The notes under the pieces: model-generated
Database searches by the model: none
Told to the model about the DNA's origin: nothing
Seen by the model: only the letters and a program-made list of their open reading frames with translations
Assembly: GCA_964581365.1 (NCBI GenBank)
Contig: CAZOOF010000004.1
Coordinates: 442-64,441, forward strand
DNA: 64,000 nt
Source of the DNA: an uncultured Chromatiales bacterium
Lineage (GTDB): Bacteria > Pseudomonadota > Gammaproteobacteria > SZUA-140
Direction: 5' to 3'
Shown here: one piece after another, positions 60,653 to 64,000 of the stretch
Numbering within the stretch: position 1 is the stretch's first letter
Layout of the letters: every line of letters starts with the position of its first letter
Made by a program: the position numbers and the translations under genes

Positions 60653-61873
60653 CTACAGCGCGGGACCGCGAGCCAGCGCGGGCAGATCACCGCACAGACC
60701 CATGGCGCGGCGCACAAGGATGTTCTTGACTGGTGTTACCGCATTGGCGAGATTGAGGCCGGCGCTTCGCGCCATGCCAGCCATCGGCAGTGACGATGAA
60801 AACAGGCGCTCGAAACCTTCCATAGCCCACATGGTGGCGAGGTTGTCGCCCTTGCGCCAGCGCTCGTAGCGACGCAGCACACGCATGGATCCGAGGTCAT
60901 GAGCCTTCCTTTCGGCCTCGATGATGACTTCCGCGAGCGCAGCGGCATCGAGAAACCCGAGATTGGCTCCCTGGCCTGCGAGCGGATGCACCACGTGCGC
61001 AGCATCGCCGACCAGCGCGATCCGCGGCGCCACGTAAGCGGTGGCGTGCTGACGGCGCAGGGGAAACGCGGCGCGCGATCCGCAGGCCCTGATCGAACCC
61101 AGCCTGTGTTCGAATGCCAGCCCTAGCTCGTTGAGAAAGGATCGCTCATCGGCCGCGAGCAGTGCTTCGGCATGATCGGTCCGCGTCGACCAGACTATCG
61201 AACAGCGGCCATCGGCAAGCGGCAGAAAAGCCAGCGGCCCTGTCGGCAGGAAACGCTGCCTGGCCACATAGTCATGCGGCAACTCTGTGTCCACGGCGGC
61301 GACGATAGCGAGCTGTCCGTAGTCGTGTCTCCTGACCTGAAGCCCAGCCAGGGTTCGCACGTGCGAACTCGCACCATCGGCGCCGACCACCAGCCGCGCA
61401 GCGATCTGGCCGCCATCCTCCAGCTCGAGGATCACCGAATCTCCGGCATGGCGCAGCGCCGACAACCTGGCCGGGGCCCGGAACCGCAGTCCCGGCGCGG
61501 CGCGCAGATGATCGATCAGCGCGTCGACAACGGCGCGGTTATCCACGATGTAGCCGAGCCTGGGTGCGCCGATATCGGCGCAGTCGAAGTGGATCCGCCC
61601 CGTGCCGCGGGCATCCCAGACCTGCATCTCCCGATAAGGACAGGCGCCATCGGCGAGGATCGCCGGCCACACCCCGGCGACGTCGAGAATGCGCTCCGCA
61701 GCGGCATTAAGCGCCGAGACACGGCCTTCGCCTCTGCGGCGAGGAGGAGCGGCGTCGATGCTGCTGGCTTCGATCACCGTGACCTTCAGGCCGGTTCGAA
61801 CGAGCAGCGCGGCAAGCGCCGCACCGATCATCCCGGCACCAACGATGGCGACGTCGCAGCGCTCGATGCTCAT
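60653..61873 (-). CDS. FAD-dependent ubiquinone biosynthesis hydroxylase (UbiI/VisC or UbiF-like)
   Basis: Start at MSIERCDVAIVGAGMIGAA (GxGxxG); the ATG overlaps the ubiH stop (ATGA); UbiH/COQ6 family. Confidence 0.85.
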   Translation of the reverse strand: MSIERCDVAIVGAGMIGAALAALLVRTGLKVTVIEASSIDAAPPRRRGEGRVSALNAAAERILDVAGVWPAILADGACPYREMQVWDARGTGRIHFDCADIGAPRLGYIVDNRAVVDALIDHLRAAPGLRFRAPARLSALRHAGDSVILELEDGGQIAARLVVGADGASSHVRTLAGLQVRRHDYGQLAIVAAVDTELPHDYVARQRFLPTGPLAFLPLADGRCSIVWSTRTDHAEALLAADERSFLNELGLAFEHRLGSIRACGSRAAFPLRRQHATAYVAPRIALVGDAAHVVHPLAGQGANLGFLDAAALAEVIIEAERKAHDLGSMRVLRRYERWRKGDNLATMWAMEGFERLFSSSLPMAGMARSAGLNLANAVTPVKNILVRRAMGLCGDLPALARGPAL

Positions 61874-63093
61874 ACCGGCAGACCACGCGCCAGACGCGGC
61901 AGACGCCCGGCAATACCCATGCTGTGACGCATCAGCGCCTTCTTCAGCGGGGGGAGAAGATCGAAGGCGATGAGGCCCAGGTTGCGCGCCATTGCCACTG
62001 GGGCGGACTCGCTGGAAAAGACCCGGACCAGCGTGTCGGTGAAGCCGATGACACGGCGGTGATCGCCGGCGCGCCACCGCTCATACTGGCGCAGCACGTC
62101 CGCCGCGCCTGGATCGTCACCGCGCGCGCAGGCATCACCGATCAGCTCGGCAAGCACCGCCACATCGCGCATGCCGAGATTGAACCCCTGACCGGCGACC
62201 GGATGCACCGTGTGCGCTGCGTTTCCCGCAAGAGCCAGGCGCGTCGCCGTGCAGCGATCGGCGCGGACCATTGCCAGTGGATAGGCATGACGCGCCCCCA
62301 CGTGCACCAGTCTGCCGAGACGATTGCCGAAACGATCCTGCAGGGCACGAAGGAAGTCGGCGTCACTGAGCGACAGCAGCTGCTCGACCTGTTCGTCGCG
62401 CGCGGTCCAGACCAGTGAACAGCGCTCATCCGCCATCGGCAACACCGCGAGCGGTCCACTTTCGGTGAAGCGCTCCCAGGCGCGGTTGCCGTGCGCCAGC
62501 TCTGGAGTGATGTTGGCGATCACCGCGGTCTGCCCGTAGGACTGGCGCTGCTCGCCGATACCCGCGAAACGCCGCACCTGCGAATCGCCACCGTCAGCAC
62601 CGATCACGAGCCTGGCCGCGAGCGTCCGGCTGGCGCCTTCGTGAGTGATATCCAGTCTGGCGCCGGATGCATCGGCGCAGAGGCGATCGAGGCGCGCCGG
62701 GCAGAACATCTGAACGTTCGCGGCCCGCCCCAGAGCGGCAGCGAAAACCCGGCCCAGCACCCGACTCTCGACCACATAGCCGAGCGCTTCTCGACCATGA
62801 TCGGCAGCGCGCATTCGCGCTGCGCCGAAGTGTCCGCGATCGGAAACGTGAATTTCCCGGATCTGCCCCGCGGAGGATGCGATGTCGCTCCACAGGCCAA
62901 TGGTCTCAAACACATCGCGCGTGCCGGCAGCCAGCGCCACGCTGCGGTCGTCATAGCTCGGCTGCGCGTCGGCGTCGAAAGGGAACGATTCGATGACTGC
63001 GATCCGCAGCGGCTGCCCGGCAAGCGCACAGGCGAGACTGGCACCGACCAGACCACCGCCGACTATCGCGACATCATAGACGCCAGCGTTCAT
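61870..63093 (-). CDS. ubiH: 2-octaprenyl-6-methoxyphenol hydroxylase
   Basis: 407 aa; YDVAIVGGGLVGASLA; conserved pepP-ubiH-ubiI order. Confidence 0.85.
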   Translation of the reverse strand: MNAGVYDVAIVGGGLVGASLACALAGQPLRIAVIESFPFDADAQPSYDDRSVALAAGTRDVFETIGLWSDIASSAGQIREIHVSDRGHFGAARMRAADHGREALGYVVESRVLGRVFAAALGRAANVQMFCPARLDRLCADASGARLDITHEGASRTLAARLVIGADGGDSQVRRFAGIGEQRQSYGQTAVIANITPELAHGNRAWERFTESGPLAVLPMADERCSLVWTARDEQVEQLLSLSDADFLRALQDRFGNRLGRLVHVGARHAYPLAMVRADRCTATRLALAGNAAHTVHPVAGQGFNLGMRDVAVLAELIGDACARGDDPGAADVLRQYERWRAGDHRRVIGFTDTLVRVFSSESAPVAMARNLGLIAFDLLPPLKKALMRHSMGIAGRLPRLARGLPV

Positions 63094-64000
63094 TCCTCTC
63101 TGCCGGAGGCCATCAGCGCCTCGATCTCATCGACATCTTTGGGCACGCCCGCCGTCAGCACCTGATTCCCGGACCGCGTTATCAGCACGTCGTCCTCGAT
63201 ACGGATGCCGATGTCCCACCAGCGCTTGGCGACTCCGCGGGTGCCGCCGCGCACATAGAGTCCGGGCTCGATGGTCAGCACCATGCCGGGCTCCAGCGGC
63301 CGCCAGCGATTCCCGATCCGGTATTCACCGACGTCGTGCACGTCCATGCCGAGCCAATGGCCGGTGCGATGCATGTAGAACTTTCGATAGGCGCCGCGAC
63401 GGATCAGCTCACGTACGTCGCCCCTGAGCAGCCGCAGGCGCACCAGTCCGCGAGTGAGCACCCGCACCGCGGCATCATGCGGATCGTTCCAGCGGTTGCC
63501 GGGCACCGCCTTGGCAATGGCGGCCCGCTGCGCCTCGAGCACGAGCTCGTAGAGCTGCCGCTGCGGTTCGGAAAAGCGGCCATTCACCGGGAAAGTGCGC
63601 GTTATGTCTGCGGCATAGCCTTCGTACTCGGCGCCGGCGTCTATCAGTACGAGGTCACCGTCACGCAGCAGATCCGAGTTTTCGGTGTAATGAAGAATAC
63701 AGGCATTAGCCCCGCCACCGACGATCGATGGATAAGCCGGATGGCGCGCGCCCCGGGCCACGAACTCGTGAAGGAGCTCGGCTTCGAGCCGGTACTCCGG
63801 CAGACCCGGCCGGCAGACCTGCATCGCGCGCCGGTGCGCTGCCGCGGAAATTTCTGCCGCCTTGCGCATGAGCGCGCGCTCATGCGCGTCCTTGAACAGC
63901 CGCATCTCATGGACCAGATGCTCCAGCGAGATGATGCCTGCCGGAGCCCGCACCCCGGTGCGGATGCGGCGCCGTACCGTCTGCAGCGCCGCGGTTACCC
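63090..64000 (-). CDS. pepP: Xaa-Pro aminopeptidase (M24B), C-terminal part; N-terminus beyond the window
   Basis: Pita-bread fold metal-ligand motifs (DAGAEYEGYAADITRT, HRTGHWLGMDVHD, EPG); stop overlaps the ubiH start. Confidence 0.9.
   Translation of the reverse strand, partial: VTAALQTVRRRIRTGVRAPAGIISLEHLVHEMRLFKDAHERALMRKAAEISAAAHRRAMQVCRPGLPEYRLEAELLHEFVARGARHPAYPSIVGGGANACILHYTENSDLLRDGDLVLIDAGAEYEGYAADITRTFPVNGRFSEPQRQLYELVLEAQRAAIAKAVPGNRWNDPHDAAVRVLTRGLVRLRLLRGDVRELIRRGAYRKFYMHRTGHWLGMDVHDVGEYRIGNRWRPLEPGMVLTIEPGLYVRGGTRGVAKRWWDIGIRIEDDVLITRSGNQVLTAGVPKDVDEIEALMASGREE

Overview
High-GC (~66-68%) gammaproteobacterial chromosomal segment, almost entirely tightly packed housekeeping genes, many with ATGA/TGATG start-stop overlaps. 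Recognisable blocks from left to right: two tandem secreted repeat proteins, running off the left edge; purD-tsaC-hemF; apaH-dtd-pip-metH on the minus strand; lpxL-family acyltransferase; trkH-trkA; ntrX-ntrY-DUF4390-rsmB-fmt-def; tsaP-like LysM protein-dprA-smg-topA; cysB divergent from a ferredoxin-type sulfite/nitrite reductase; cupin, rnk, beta-carbonic anhydrase, VOC; a MacAB-like ABC exporter (adaptor, FtsX-type permease, ATPase); a Cys-rich small protein; acyl-CoA thioesterase and synthetase; xthA-ubiD-dapF-DUF484-xerC-hslVU-DUF971-ubiE-ubiJ-ubiB; DJ-1, yibQ, ctpA, envC, gpmI; yibN-secB-gpsA-murU; a CPA-type antiporter; ubiI/F-like, ubiH, and pepP off the right edge. No rRNA, tRNA, CRISPR array or mobile element was seen. 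The most unusual locus is the sulfite-reductase gene. It carries a ~170-aa C-terminal extension that ends in an A9 homopolymer (very rare at this GC). Directly downstream, in the -1 frame, is a TusA-like ORF with no ATG/GTG/TTG start; an A AAA AAA slippery heptamer would fuse the two by a -1 frameshift, and a 14-bp-stem hairpin carries the TusA-like stop codon in its loop and abuts the next gene's ATG. Other points worth a second look are the tandem propeller/CHB_HEX_C secreted proteins with a sorting-signal-like tail, a metH lacking the reactivation domain, and a metallothionein-like Cys-rich ORF.
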